The translations under genes and the position numbers were made by a program. The notes beneath the pieces were generated by a model. The model was not told the DNA's origin and did no database searches. It saw nothing but the letters and a program-made list of their open reading frames with translations. A DNA stretch of 57,116 nt, the filler included, from Sphacelaria rigidula (taxonomy: Eukaryota): the NCBI GenBank assembly GCA_964200075.2. It is 6 parts of 6 records of this genome, joined end to end, with 100 filler letters (N's around TTAATTAATTAA, not from the genome) between each part and the next. Parts side by side here need not be neighbours in the genome. Positions count along the whole stretch, not along the records: positions 19,075 to 28,510 come from CAXNAA020008503.1; positions 28,611 to 38,046 come from CAXNAA020008504.1; positions 38,147 to 47,581 come from CAXNAA020008505.1; 3 more parts are not named here. One strand, written 5' to 3'. Positions 25,701 through 38,396 of this stretch are shown here, in pieces (position 1 is the stretch's first letter; each line of letters begins with the position of its first letter).

Positions 25701-25829
25701 TGTGTGAGTGTATTGCAGGTGTTGTGGTGTCGATGCAAGGCACATGGGACGGACGCGGGCGGGTAGTCAAATCGCAGCTGGTGGTGGACATACCTATTTC
25801 CAAGTCGCGACTTGGACATAGCATTACTC
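22785..25829. mobile_element. Foldback-type DNA element whose long TIRs are tandem ~207-263-bp units
   Basis: About 4 units on + (22785-23670), a spacer, then inverted units at 23920-24437 and 25047-25829. Each unit carries a palindrome centred on GTCCAAGTCGCGACTTGGAC. Right terminus is ...GCATTACTC at 25829. Confidence 0.85.
24438..25046. mobile_element. ~610-bp insertion in the right foldback arm, probably a truncated LTR
   Basis: The array breaks at ggactgtgtga|TGTTACGG and resumes at ~25047 with part of a unit missing. TGTTAC start resembles an LTR terminus; no coding motif. Confidence 0.45.
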
Positions 25830-25837
25830 TTTTTTTT

Positions 25838-28361
25838 TGTTACATAATTTCGCCCTTTCTTCTCGTGTTATCTTCTTCGTCTTGTCCTTGACATTTTCCA
25901 TTCTGTATCCTGATGCGTTCAAGTGATTCAGATACCCGGTAATGGTGGATCTACGTAGAACCGGGGATCGGGGTGACGTACGAGTGCCGACAGTCAAGTG
26001 TGTGCAAATGTGGTACAGTACGGCTGAGGGCCCACGAGCAGCTTGCACCCGTGCCCACTCTCTCTCAGCTACCCTCCATCTCATCAGCAATCTCCCAAGT
26101 TACAGTAGAACTTGGTGCTCTCCAATAAAAGATTTAAGACCATTACCCTGTGCCTGAGCCAAGGAATACACTAGTGATCAATCGATTGGGCAAGTATGGC
26201 TAGGGACGATGGTAACGCTCCGTCTTCTGAAGAAAGGTTAAACGGACTAACGAATCAAATTGAGAACATGATGAGTCTGTCCAGTGGTCAGTTCAACACA
26301 CTGAGAGTATATGGCATCGAAGGTCAAGAGTCCGGAGGCGCGTGGTGGAGTGGCGTCGTCGAAAGCGAAGAAGACCAAGCAACACAACAACACCAGGCTG
26401 ACAGCTCAGCCAAGCACATCACACCTCGAGGTACGGAAAGGGCACTGTAGCCGCAAACGTGAGAGCGAGGGAAATGTTGGTGGCGAGTCTGGAGCATAAG
26501 CGGGACCGGGATGCTCTGTTCCGACTTCTGTCTCCTGCTGCTGTGTGGCGTGAGTGAAACGATTTCTACAGCCCCAAGACCAGCGGGGCTAGATTAGCTC
26601 TCCTGATCACGTGAAGATTGGAGTTCGCGATGATCCCGTTCAAAAACTAATCGAGATGGAAGAGATGGCGAGAGAATTACAATCACACGACACCAATATC
26701 ATCCTGACGGAGGCGCAAACCCTCCTCAAATTTGTGAATGCGCTTCCCTGCGAGTAAAACTACCAAAAACAGGCGCGGGAGGTGCGCGAGGGACCACTCA
26801 CGAGGGAAGTCGTAGTGACGTCGGTTCGAAAACGTTTCGCATCGGCACTTTTCAAGCAGGAACTCGCCAATGGGAAGAAGTTTTCCCCAGGCGACCAGGC
26901 CCTTGCCGTCAAGGGCCAATCCGGCAAACCTAACGGCTCACACCAGAAAGGTAAACCGGGAAAGACCCAGAACCCACCCAGGCCGTGGAGGTAATGGGGG
27001 GCAAGGCAAAAACAGCCAGTCGCCGGCTTCATCGTCAACGAGCCAGTCGGGGGCTGCGACGCCGTGGAGGTGCCACGTTCGTCAGAAGATGACTACACAT
27101 CGGGCGAGAGACTGTCCAGACAGGTGTTGCGCTAGGTGTGGGAAGAGAGGACATCAATTTATTGACTATCAAAGCACTGTAGAGGACTCGTCGATTGTGA
27201 TGGGCGTGGTGGAAGATCTGGCGGACGACGACTCCGTTTGCTCCGATGCTGATACAGAAGCTTTCACCAGCATCGACATGACGGTGGATGAGGTCAACAC
27301 AGGCGAGTATGCGTTTGTAACTGGGAAGGGGGATGTAAAGCAGTCAGATGGGGGGGAACCGTGGGTCCTTGGCACGGCGGCAACTTCGAACTTTTCTCCT
27401 GACTCGAGTAAGATGACGGATTATAGAAAATGCAGTGGTAGGGTACTATGGTGCACGGGCGGTGTTACCTACTCAATCGTGGGAAGAGGAACATTGACTC
27501 TATCTTTACGATCTGACGGACGTGATGTAGTCTTGCATTTGAAATATGTAGACCACGCACCTTGCGTCCGTCACCATCTGTTGACATTGACCAGGATGTC
27601 TAACGCAGGTCACACGTACATTGGGTCTAGCAACGGCTTCCGGGTTCTAAGGTTGAGTTGAAGTCAGGCAATACCCTGAAAACCCCCGGTCAGCACAGAC
27701 AATTGAAAAGGTACGCCCGACGCATCTATCCAAACGGTCATGGCAAGCAAGCGTCAACATGCGCTGTGATTGCCCCGGGGGAACTCCCTAACCCCAAATG
27801 GATGATATCAACGACTTCCACTGCAAACACGCGCATGTCCACGAGGACCTGCTCCGGCAGACAGCAAAGCAGCTCGGAGTGGATCTGCGCGGCGAGTTGA
27901 GACCGTACCAAGGGTGCTCGGAAGGAAAAGGACTGCGACGGCCCATCCCAAGATCAATTCACACACGAGCAGTTAAGCCAGCATCCAGAGTGTTTGTCGA
28001 TCTTACAGGCCCCAAACCAGTTAGATCTCGGGGAGGAAAGTCGTACATGATGATAGTACGTGATAATTGCTCGCAGCATACCAGATTATTTTTTCAGCTA
28101 ACCCGGGAAACAAGACGCCACACGAAATGTGGCACGGAGTACCACCGGCGAACAACCTTCCTTTTCTAAAGCCTGGATTTTGTAGGGTTCGGAGGAAAGA
28201 CGAGTTACAACGAAAAGCTCAGAGGTGCTGGTACCTTAGCCCAGCCCCAGGATACCCGCGCGATGCTATGAGAGTGATGACGGAAACAGGACAAACTGTT
28301 ACGACCAGGTACGTAACATGGGCGTATGTCCCCCCTACTCCTCTCCCCGCCCCACAGCAAA
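25838..28361 (+). mobile_element. Ty1/copia LTR retrotransposon B (5' LTR 25838-26180, gag, protease, integrase); internally deleted pseudo-element
   Basis: LTR TGTTACA...GGAATACACTAGTGATCA. Motifs REGPLTREVVVTSVRKRF, CARCGKRGH, WVLGTAATSNF (dead protease), FHCKHAHVH, RVFVDLTGPK and CWYLSPAPGYPRDAMRV, collinear with copia A. Confidence 0.93.
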
Positions 28362-28510
28362 CACACGTGGACAGATAGCACCCTGTGGAGGGGGTCTACA
28401 GGGTTTACATACCCTGCGCAGTCTTTCTGGCGGGAATTTTACTGTACAGTATTTTCCAGCGTAGCACAGAACGCTCCACAGGGTTTCCCTACAGTGGTCA
28501 TGAATAGTAT
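28362..28510 (+). mobile_element. Left end of a CACACGTGGACA TIR element inserted into copia B; cut by the linker
   Basis: Nearly identical to 51813-51960 (cacacgtggacagatagcaccctgtggagggg..gtggtcatgaatagt). Confidence 0.9.
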
Positions 28511-28692
28511 NNNNNNNNNNNNNNNNNNNNNNNNNNNNNNNNNNNNNNNNNNNNTTAATTAATTAANNNNNNNNNNNNNNNNNNNNNNNNNNNNNNNNNN
28601 NNNNNNNNNNGCCCCCGAGCTGTGCTCCATGATCCGCGTGGCGGCCTGGCGCTGGGCGCCCGCAGCGAGGGGCGTCGGGGGAGCGGAAAGAG

Positions 28693-30510
28693 TCCACAGC
28701 CTGGACAATAGACGGCATCTATTGCAATAGGAATATAATCTGCTGCAGTAGATGCCAATATTGCCGTATATAATGGCCCTCGATCGGCAACTTTCTTCTT
28801 TTGTCGTCAGCAATGTTTATCGATAGACCAGTTTCCCACATTTTTGTCCGGCCAGCAGTCTGTTGTGGCTCTACACGGAAATCTATCGCAGCCGAGCAAA
28901 TGTATCGATCGATAGTTTTCCTTTGATGATGGCAATGGCTATCGATAGGCCGCGTGCCAACTCTATTGATGACGGCGATGGCTATTCGCAGAATGTACAC
29001 CAAATTTTTTTAGGACGGCAATCGCTCTTGATTGATTGCGAACGAAATTTAGGCATGGCGGCGATGAATATCGATAGATACATACCAGAATCTACTGTGG
29101 TATACAATGCCTACCTATGGATATTCTCTGTCGTCTGTTGCCACACCTACACTGCAACATACTGGTGTAGGGCATATTATACTCCGTCAAAGTACGGTGG
29201 AGAATCCGCAGGTGGGGATGCAGTGGATATACGATGATACTACTCGTGAATACAGGATACGTTTTTATAATTTTGGAACGCTTGTGTTTGTAGGAATCCG
29301 TCATACGAATGGACAAGAGTTTACAAGTTTTGTTGTTGGTGTGGTATGATTGTCCCTCTGTGGTGGACATGAGCGCTTGCAGTGTTTTTGTGTATGGGTG
29401 AGGTGTGAATATACCCTGGACGATAGACTGTGTAATAGGTTATTGGCGCTGCAATATCCCCGAAAATTTGACCATCAACGTTTTTTGTTAGTCATAATCG
29501 ATTGGCATCACTGTCTATCGATAGCTATTGTAGGCGACATTAGATTCGGGACTAGGAACAGAATGTATCATGGTCGTGAGGATGGAAGGGCCAAGTTGTC
29601 TATCGATACACTTATATGTTGCAATAGGCTCTGCATTGCGGTCACCAATATATTTTGCTGATCACAATAGCAACTGCCACGCGGCCACCAATATACGTTG
29701 TTGATCACGATAGGATCTGAATCGTGCCCATCAATGTCTACTGAGGGTCACAATATCATCTCAATCACGGCCACCAATATATATTGCTGACCACAACAGT
29801 AGCTGAATGGTGCTGATCACTAGCGCAATGTATGCACGTTTTTTCATGTCTATTTCCACTAATTCCACAGAAGCGATGGCCACCTATCGCCTCAGGTAGT
29901 TGCGTGTTCATGTGTGAGCGGCATTGCCGATGATGTCATAAGATCACTGCAGGAAGCAATATATATTTTGAAACCTATCGTTGGCGTCACTAGCTATCGA
30001 TAGGTACTCCCGAGAACGATCGATAACCACATATGTATTGTTAGCGATAGAGGCTACCGATGAACAGCTCACGAAATATTTTTATGGTAATTGGTATTGA
30101 TAGATGGCTCACCTAATCTATCGATAACGGCAATGGCTATCGATGGATGGCTCACCAAATCTACTGATAACGGCAATGACTGTCGATGGATGGCTCACCA
30201 CATCTATTGATAACAGCAATGGCTATCGATGGATGGCTCACCAAACCTACTGATTACGGCAATGGCTATCGACAAATATATCCCAGAATCTACTGCGGCA
30301 CAGGATTTCCATCGATGGCGAGCGATCTTCATCTATTGTAATTGTCATAGGCTATCGATCGACTATTGTGAAATATTTTGTCCCTCGCAATACATTGAAA
30401 TAAATGTGTTTTACCATCTATCGTGTTCGACAATATGTATTAATAGGTATTTTCCCGTGTCTATTGCTGAAGAGATGGACTATTATTGCGTCAACTGTCC
30501 AGGGTGCGGA
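28693..30510. mobile_element. ~1.8-kb non-autonomous TIR element with ATCGAT-rich 43-bp internal repeats
   Basis: TIRs tccacagcctggacaatagacg and cgtcaactgtccagggtgcgga (18/22 match). 43-bp arrays at 29638-29810 and 30097-30268. Confidence 0.7.
30097..30268 (+). repeat. 4 x 43-bp tandem repeat
   Basis: Units start at 30097, 30140, 30183 and 30226 (tcgatggatggctcaccaaatctactgataacggcaatggcta). Confidence 0.95.
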
Positions 30511-33004
30511 ATAGTCATCGACTAATAGTTGAAAGGCGATGCAAACATGTGGAATGCATCACTCCTCTGTCAGCTCCTCAGCAGCAGCGGAAATGTGATT
30601 CTATAGCTCGAAAAAAACTTGAGCCGTGTCCATCATGTTCGACGTGTTGGGGGGGCAAGGGACACACTTTCAATTTGTTATAAAAAACAGTTGAGGGGAA
30701 ACGTGGAGAGCTCGAGAGATTTGTACTGTCTCTATTATGCGTGATGTTTTGGGGTGACGGGATCGATTCTTGTAAAACAGAATCAAGGGAATCGTGGCAG
30801 GAAAATGTGAAAAAAAATATGTTGAGAAAACACGTCTACTACGCGAATTCATTTTCGAAAACAGCCTTGTTCATCAAAGTATCAAGTAATGTGTCAGAAA
30901 TCCGGCGCTTCGCGACTCGTGTCATGACGTGAACGTTTTCCAAAATGCGCCCTAAATTCGAGTAAATAAAAATGGAGGCCTGTCAGGGCTCGAGAGCACG
31001 CGTGGAATGGAGCGCTCTCAGTGACCGAGCGCATTTTGTGCTGTACTCAACTAAATTTTCCATGTTGAAAAAAAATCTTGCGAGTGTATTTTGTGTCTTT
31101 ACTGCATCGTCCACGCGGCATGTCATCTGCCCTCACGTTATTTCGGGTACTACGCGGGTGTTTTCTGTGCATGCATTACACCCATGTCGTGCGTGATACG
31201 TACGCAAATTGTGCAAGGCACAAATATGAACAGGATCCTCGCTGAATCCATCCATTATAAACCGGTGCAAACCTGGGCGCTTCCTTTACACGTATTGTCA
31301 CATTCGCAGCATCCCTTGAGGTTCGGTGAAGTTAGTCACAGCTTGCATGTATCCATCAACGTTCGGGAAAGTTGTATTCAACCGGCGGATACCTGCCGAC
31401 TTTTGAAAAGGCTATTCTGAACAGGCAGATATCTATTTACGTTCGAGTGAGCTGCTTCAGTATGGCAAATATCTGACAACATTTGAGAAGTCTGTCCCCA
31501 CTTGGTGCAGTCAACGTTTCGAGATGTGTTGAACGGGCAGAATATTTGCGCATGTTGAACTGTTACAACTGGCAGAATACCTTCGTATGTTACTAGAAGT
31601 TGTCTTGGAGTGAACAGATATTCGACATATCGTCGGCTCAGATGTTTTAGGGTAAACAGATGCTATACATCATGCTTCGTCCTGCGTGTGGTTGTTTGAC
31701 AGCGGGCCGCTAATGCTGTGTGAAACGCCTCGTCACAAGTATCAGGTTCCTATTTTGCCTCCCGGTACATGCACTGACCTCTAACCCGGAGGACACACGA
31801 ATCACATATCCAGGCAGAACCGTGTTCGAGAGTCGACTCTTACTCGACTAGGTTTTATACTTCGGGAGGCAGTTGTTTGCAGTTAAGCATCTCAACTTAC
31901 TGGAAGCCTGAAAGCAGACCAAGGGATCCTTGAAAATTTGGGAAGAATAAGACGACGCCCCCAGAGTTGGCACTTGATGGTGTTCCATTTAGGGGAGTGA
32001 TCGGACGAGGGTGGTGTCCAGCGAATGTTGTGCGCCACCTTACTGCATGTAGCTTTTCTCCAGTATCACGTGGCCGGTCTTTGTCAGAGATCACACGTCG
32101 TCGTCCAATAACCATATACCACCATCCAAGCTGATGAGGTGAAAGCGTCCCGCTCTCCTCAACTCTTACTCATGTGCAGATGTTAAGTTTTAGGGACGGT
32201 ACAACTGCTGACGTCCAGGATTGGGGGGCAGCGAGAGGGTAATGTCAACGAATGGAGGAATCAGGATTCGTACAAACACACGAAGAAGAGGAGTTTTCAC
32301 ATCAGTCGTTTCGGGCAAAAAAGGACAGCGACTGCGTGTAAAACACTCATCGTATTTCGCTCCCAGCCAGCGCTGTGGGGGGATTGGGAGTGAAGCCGAG
32401 AACAGAGTCCCACGATTCGTGCATAATGCACGAACCTGTTGCATGTTGGCCAGAATATCATATATTCATCGAGAGTCGGCCCGCTACAGTCGTCCTCGCC
32501 ACGGAAACATGGGGGCGCCAACGAGAAACGTTCCCTCAGCTGTGCGAGTGCCTCTGATTATAATCGAGGTTTTCCCCTGACACTTCCGGAAGTTGTAGAG
32601 GGACGGTTTCTACGGGAGAAAAACGGGTGTGAAGTCTTCGCAAGAGTATTGCGAAGGCAAAGCTTCAGCCATCAAGCATGATCACATCAACAATAGCTCG
32701 CGTCAACAGTAGTACATGTATGAGGTCAACACATGTAAGCGCATGGCGTATGTCGTGCGGATGTAAGCGCTGCAGACGGCGAGTGTGGTGGTGGTCGGGT
32801 GGTGTGTTTCTCGGGTCGGAGATTTTGCAGAAAATGTACGCCCACACCCAACAGCCAATCGAGCAGGTCAAACACACGTCGACATACCCACACGGAATTT
32901 GCATGGGATCGCAGCGGTGAGCATATCCTTCCCACATACCCTGCTTTGATCAGCGGCTGTTTACTGCCAAGCCTTTGGCAGTCAGCGTGCAGAAACCCTC
33001 CAAT

Positions 33005-34211
33005 CTACTCATAATTTGAGTAGAGTATTTGAGGCCGTACTCGACCTACTCAAAATTTGAGTCGAAATTTGAGTAGAGTAAATACTCGGGTATATCTCGA
33101 GTACTTGAAATACATTTTCTACTCGACCTGCCCTTAGAGGGAAGCACTCTCAGTATTACCTGAGTATGGAGTATCACTTGGGTATGGCCTCAATACTCTA
33201 CTCAGATTTTGAGTAGGTTGCGTGCGGCCTCGGATACTTTACTCAAATGTTGAGTAAGAACTCTCAGCATTACTAGAGGATAGAGTATCACTTGGCTACG
33301 ACCTCAACACTTGACTCAGATTTTGAGTAGATCGAGCACGGCCTCACATACTCTACTCAAATTTCAAGTAGATCGAGTACAACCTCCAATACCCTTTTCA
33401 AATATTGCACGGTTGGGACAAATCAAGATTTATACAAGTTGACTCCTCACGACATGACAGGAGTCAACCTGTATTCGAGTGGTCATGCATGCACCCGACG
33501 GTGAAAAACATATGCAGTAGAGTCATCTCAACCGCATACATATTGGGAAAAAAGTACGACCGATGCAGCACCCATGTCATGACAGGATTCAACCATGTGC
33601 CGACTCTTCGTCCCGCACGGAGACATACGCATGACATAGATGTAAGTGCCATTCACGCCTCATGGTAGGTATAGGTGGCATGTACAACCGATCCATTCCG
33701 CATTTTCCTACATGGGGGTCAACATGTGTTCATGACCTACAACCTATAACCTGGAGGTAGGACACAGGTGCCGTTGACGGTGTACTGCACAACACAAGAG
33801 CTCAAAACATGTATGAATTACAAATTTGTGACGTCACTTCACAGACAATGTTGAATGTATAGGCGAACGATGGCCACCAATTAGATGAGTGGCGGTGCGT
33901 CACGGGCTACAATGAGTATGAGCGAATGATCTACATAAAAAACAGAAAAAGCGTGCAGGTGAATGAAACCACCTGCCCCAGCCCACCTGCCCTCACCCAT
34001 CGCAGTAAATACTTGATAGCTCTCGGCCCCTTCGATATCATCTCCAGTACAAGCGCTACTCATCATTATTGATTACTTTAGTAGACGGATAATTGGGCAG
34101 GTGTTATCAAAATAAGCGACTCTACTGGCCGCACATGTGACTCCTCCATGGGAGAGTAAGAGATGGTACATCGGGTCCGGCCTCAGATACTCTACCCAAC
34201 TTTCGGCTTCA

Positions 34212-34268
<57 letters not shown>

Positions 34269-34986
34269 GTCGCATCCATTTCTGGACGCCGGTCTACACT
34301 TTTCAGTACATGTGGGCGCACCAGCCGGGGTCACACAGGAGGAAAGTCAACATATGCTTCTTTTTCTTCAGTTCATCTTTCTTCTGCGGTGCTCGGCTTT
34401 ATTTTTATATCGGGAGACCTCAAATACTCTACTCAACTATTGGGTTGATTGAGCATGACCTCCAATACTCTACTTGAATATTGAGTAGATACCACTGCTT
34501 TCCTCAAACTCTGAGTAAGTCGAGTACAGCCTCGAAAGCTCTACTCGAATTTTGATCCAAAACTCTACTTAATTTTTTAGTAGGTCGAGTACGGCCTCAA
34601 ATATTCTACTCAAATTTTGAGTAGGTTAAGAATGGCCTCGAATGCTCTACTCAGATTTTGAGTAGATTGAGCATGGCCTCCAATACTCCAATCAAATACT
34701 GAGCAAGCACTCTCAGTAATACTGGAGTAAAGAGTGACCTACTCAAAATTTGAGTAGGTCGAGTATGACCTCAAGTACTTTATCCAAATTTGGAGTAGAT
34801 TGAGTACGACTCCAAATACTCCTCTCGGAATTCGAGTACTAAAAATATGACTCCTCGGAAATACTTAGTTTTGAGTATACTCTACTCGACCTGCCTTTCG
34901 TGCTTTATAGAGTACTTGAGTAAAATACCCGAGAATTTACTCTCCTCAAAGATTGAGGAGGTTGAGTACGGCCTCGAATACTCCAC
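33005..34986. mobile_element. ~2-kb element with inverted ends and 41-bp TACTCAAATTTTGAGTA-containing subterminal arrays
   Basis: 33019-33110 is inverted with 34905-34986. 41-bp period seen at 33327/33368 and 34580/34621/34662. Confidence 0.7.
34215..34267. repeat. (TG)~26 microsatellite
   Basis: Seen directly. Confidence 0.97.
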
Positions 34987-37465
34987 ACGTCGGACGGATC
35001 AGCTCGTGACAGATCCGGGTCGGCTCATTTGGGGCATAGATCATGATATGTCCGAGGTGTGCTATGACCCGTGCACGTATGTCCGATGCTGACCCGTAGG
35101 ACCCACTTGACCCGTGCAAATTTTCCGAGCGGCGAGCTGTACGATCCGCTACACACACACACACACACACCTCGTGTACAGCTGATCTGAAGAACTGTGC
35201 CATCTGTACAACATCACATAATTGTGATTTATATCACTCGGGTCAAGCAAGCACAGTAGCTTGTCGCCGACCCGCGCGATTTGAATCTCATGAACACCGA
35301 AAGCCACCCTCTACCTTTGGAATCCGAATCTGGAATACAAGAAACACTTTCCCGCACCTCTGAGATCCTGATCACGCATACAAAAAAACAATGTTCTGCT
35401 CCCTCACCTGTGAGCCTGTAGCAACCCGGGCACATGGAACATGAAGTACGCATATTTTATCTCAAGCGGTTCCACGGTACGGCTGCATATTTTTTCTAAA
35501 AATGTGCACTGTCGGCGCATCCGAATGAAGTATACAATGACAGTATTCAGTATTCCTCACCTGCCAACCCATATGGCCCTGGTACAATGTGCATGTTCAC
35601 AAGTCCGTATGTTGACTGTTGACTGTAGCAGCTACATGAAGTACATACGAAGGGTTCGGCGGCTCACGCCACCACGGTCAATGAGATCGACCGCCAAGGT
35701 ACATGGGAACCAGTCATCGTTGCTCGCATCGCGTGACGACACAAGTCATAATTTCAAGTGGAGTATTTTCCGCTGTGTGCGTACGAGCTGGGCTGGCCTA
35801 AGAACCGATTCAGGCTCTCAAAGCAATATCTCATCGACACAGACGAGTTGGACCATAATCCGCATATCGTACTAATCGTCCAATCACGGGAAGGTGCCCA
35901 TCAAGGCTGGGCCAATATTTTCTATTTGATTGAACCCCATGTCTAGTAATTCCTGTACCTAACGGAGATAGCGTCCATACTAAAACCCATATGAAACCTT
36001 GATCGATGCTTTTAGCGGATGGCAACGAATTTCAGTGTGAACATTCCCTGGAGCACGGGGAGACGACAGACATGTTCACCTTCACCTAATTCGTTATCCA
36101 TCTCGAGATATAGCGCACATAAGGCTCGATCTTGAAATCGGTATAATACGAGCGGAGGCACTCGAAGCTTTAAATCTGGATATCGCGTCTCAGCTTTTGA
36201 GAGTTGTGCTATGAAATCTCATATGAAGAGGCGCTAGTGGATAATAAAGCTAAAAAAACAGCTCTTTCATCATTATTGGTTCTTTTCTTCATTTTTTTCG
36301 TGTTTTTTGTAGGGCAATTCTAGATAAATGAACACTGCTCTTCGGTCTTGCCTTATTTTTTTAGAATTTCTAGAATTGTGATTCAAAACTCAGCATGAAG
36401 AACAACAGAGGTATGTTGAATGACAAAAAATGTGCCTTCGTTTTTCTTTGGGTGGTGAGGTTCGGACGTTCTCGTAAAATACGGTCGTTCCCGCACTAAA
36501 ACGCCCTACTAAACCAGTGAAAAATAAATAAGTGCCAACCTGACCCATTTTTTGGTTCACTATCCCCTAGCGAGGTCCCACACAAAATTTCAATACACGA
36601 ACACCAAACGTGGGCCGGTAAGTGGCCTGCAAAATAGTGTTCCGAATTTCCACCGTCCCCGATGCTAATCCGTCTATTCCTCGACCAATATTTCGAGTTG
36701 GTCCCTGAAAGTTGGTATGGACAATGCACAGGTCAAAATGAAGAAAAAATACTCATGTATCCTAAGATTTTTTTCTTCCATTGAATAAAGGGCAATTATC
36801 AGTTTTTAGGTAACAGTAAGACCTCCTCAACTCATGAGAAAAAAAAATGAGTACACGCGTAATTATTATTTTGTGCCTCTTCATTGTTCATACCAAATGA
36901 CAGGGTCCGACCCAAAATATGGGCCGACGAATGGGCGTGCAAACTACAAATCCGCCTCTAGGCTGGCCCAGCTCGTATGGTGACAGATGACCCGGGAGCA
37001 AGATATGAACAAGAGGTTTACTGTTGTATACTTGCACCTGCAGGAACGGGCCACGACGAACTCCACCGTCGGAGGACACACACGGAGACACGCATTCAGG
37101 TTTTCCACACACAGCACGAATAGGAAACATCGTACACCGTCGACGACCGCACACCCGGGGACACTCGTATTATTAGACAAGATATTATTGCGCCGCTTAA
37201 TCACTCGAGGACACACGCCAGTGTTCGCAACAATGCGTCCAGCACCATTGCACCGCAAAAGGCCCGTAACCGCAGTGACTATCGACATTTTCGATCCTAC
37301 ATGACAAAAAGCAGGCAATACCCGCAACGTGATGGATATATACATTTGAGAAACAGAACATGTAATGTATACAATCGACGAACAACAAAAAGTAGGGACC
37401 GTGGAAAGCAGAGTAAAATATTTCTTCAAGCTGAGGAACCGAAAAAATATGTTCGGGAAAGACAT

Positions 37466-37965
37466 GATGAAAAGTGGCATCGAAACTTCGCGGCTCATGA
37501 TCAAAAATGTTTCGACAAAAACACAGCAAACGGATATGTTCGGGAGAATGATGAAAAATGGCATCTGAAACTTCGCGGTTTCGCAGTGCGGAAAAAAATA
37601 TCAAGAATAGACGATGATTTGCGCGCGAACCGGTGATGATAGCAAAAGTGGCATCGGAAACTTCGCCGACGATAATTGCGTGCTTTGGTACTTCGAAGAA
37701 ACGCCGGGCTGCTCATCAGCTGTGCACGTTGTTCTCCCCCGAGGGTAGGTCATCTGGTCATGCAGTGATTTTGAATGCAAGCTGATGCTGATTCCACAAA
37801 CTATCCGTGCTCCCTTTCAAACAGTCACCATGTTGCCCAAATCTGTTCAGAAGCCAATGCGGGAAATAGTGCGCGAGGGTAGATCATCTGGTCATGCATT
37901 GATTTTCCAAGTATAACCGATGCTGATTCCACAAACTATCCATGGTCGCGGTCAAACAGTTCACG
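37466..37965 (+). repeat. Degenerate direct repeats, probably subterminal repeats of a TE next to the linker
   Basis: Three aaa(a/g)tggcatc..aaacttcgc copies about 85 bp apart, and two ~90-bp cgagggtag.tcatctggtcatgca..gctgattccacaaactatcc copies at ~37740 and ~37874. Confidence 0.75.
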
Positions 37966-38396
37966 GTTACGACAAATCATCACGACTTAAAATCACCAAA
38001 TTCACGATTTCTTCGGCCTGATTGCCGAAAAGGGAGAAAAAAAATANNNNNNNNNNNNNNNNNNNNNNNNNNNNNNNNNNNNNNNNNNNNTTAATTAATT
38101 AANNNNNNNNNNNNNNNNNNNNNNNNNNNNNNNNNNNNNNNNNNNNTCTTTGTCCCTCGTCTCTTCTGCCCCCTCCTTCTCTTTGTCTTCCTGTTTTTCT
38201 TTTTTTCCGGCCGCGGGGGGGGGGGGGGGGTGCCTAGTGAAAAGGGGTCCATGCCATCTACCTCTCTAGTTTTTATATTCCTTCGCTTGTGTGCATACTA
38301 GTATCTGGCCACGCATACGTGCCGATGCTCACCAAGTCTCACCGGTTGGTGCTCCGACGTGCACTTTGTGGATCTAACGTGGCCGTTCTGGTAAAG

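Noticed and set aside
22785-25829. CRISPR-like array of palindromic repeats
   Set aside because: The intervening sequences are homologous rather than unique spacers, there are no cas genes and the context is eukaryotic.
30097-30268. CRISPR-like short repeats
   Set aside because: Head-to-tail 43-bp units with no spacers.
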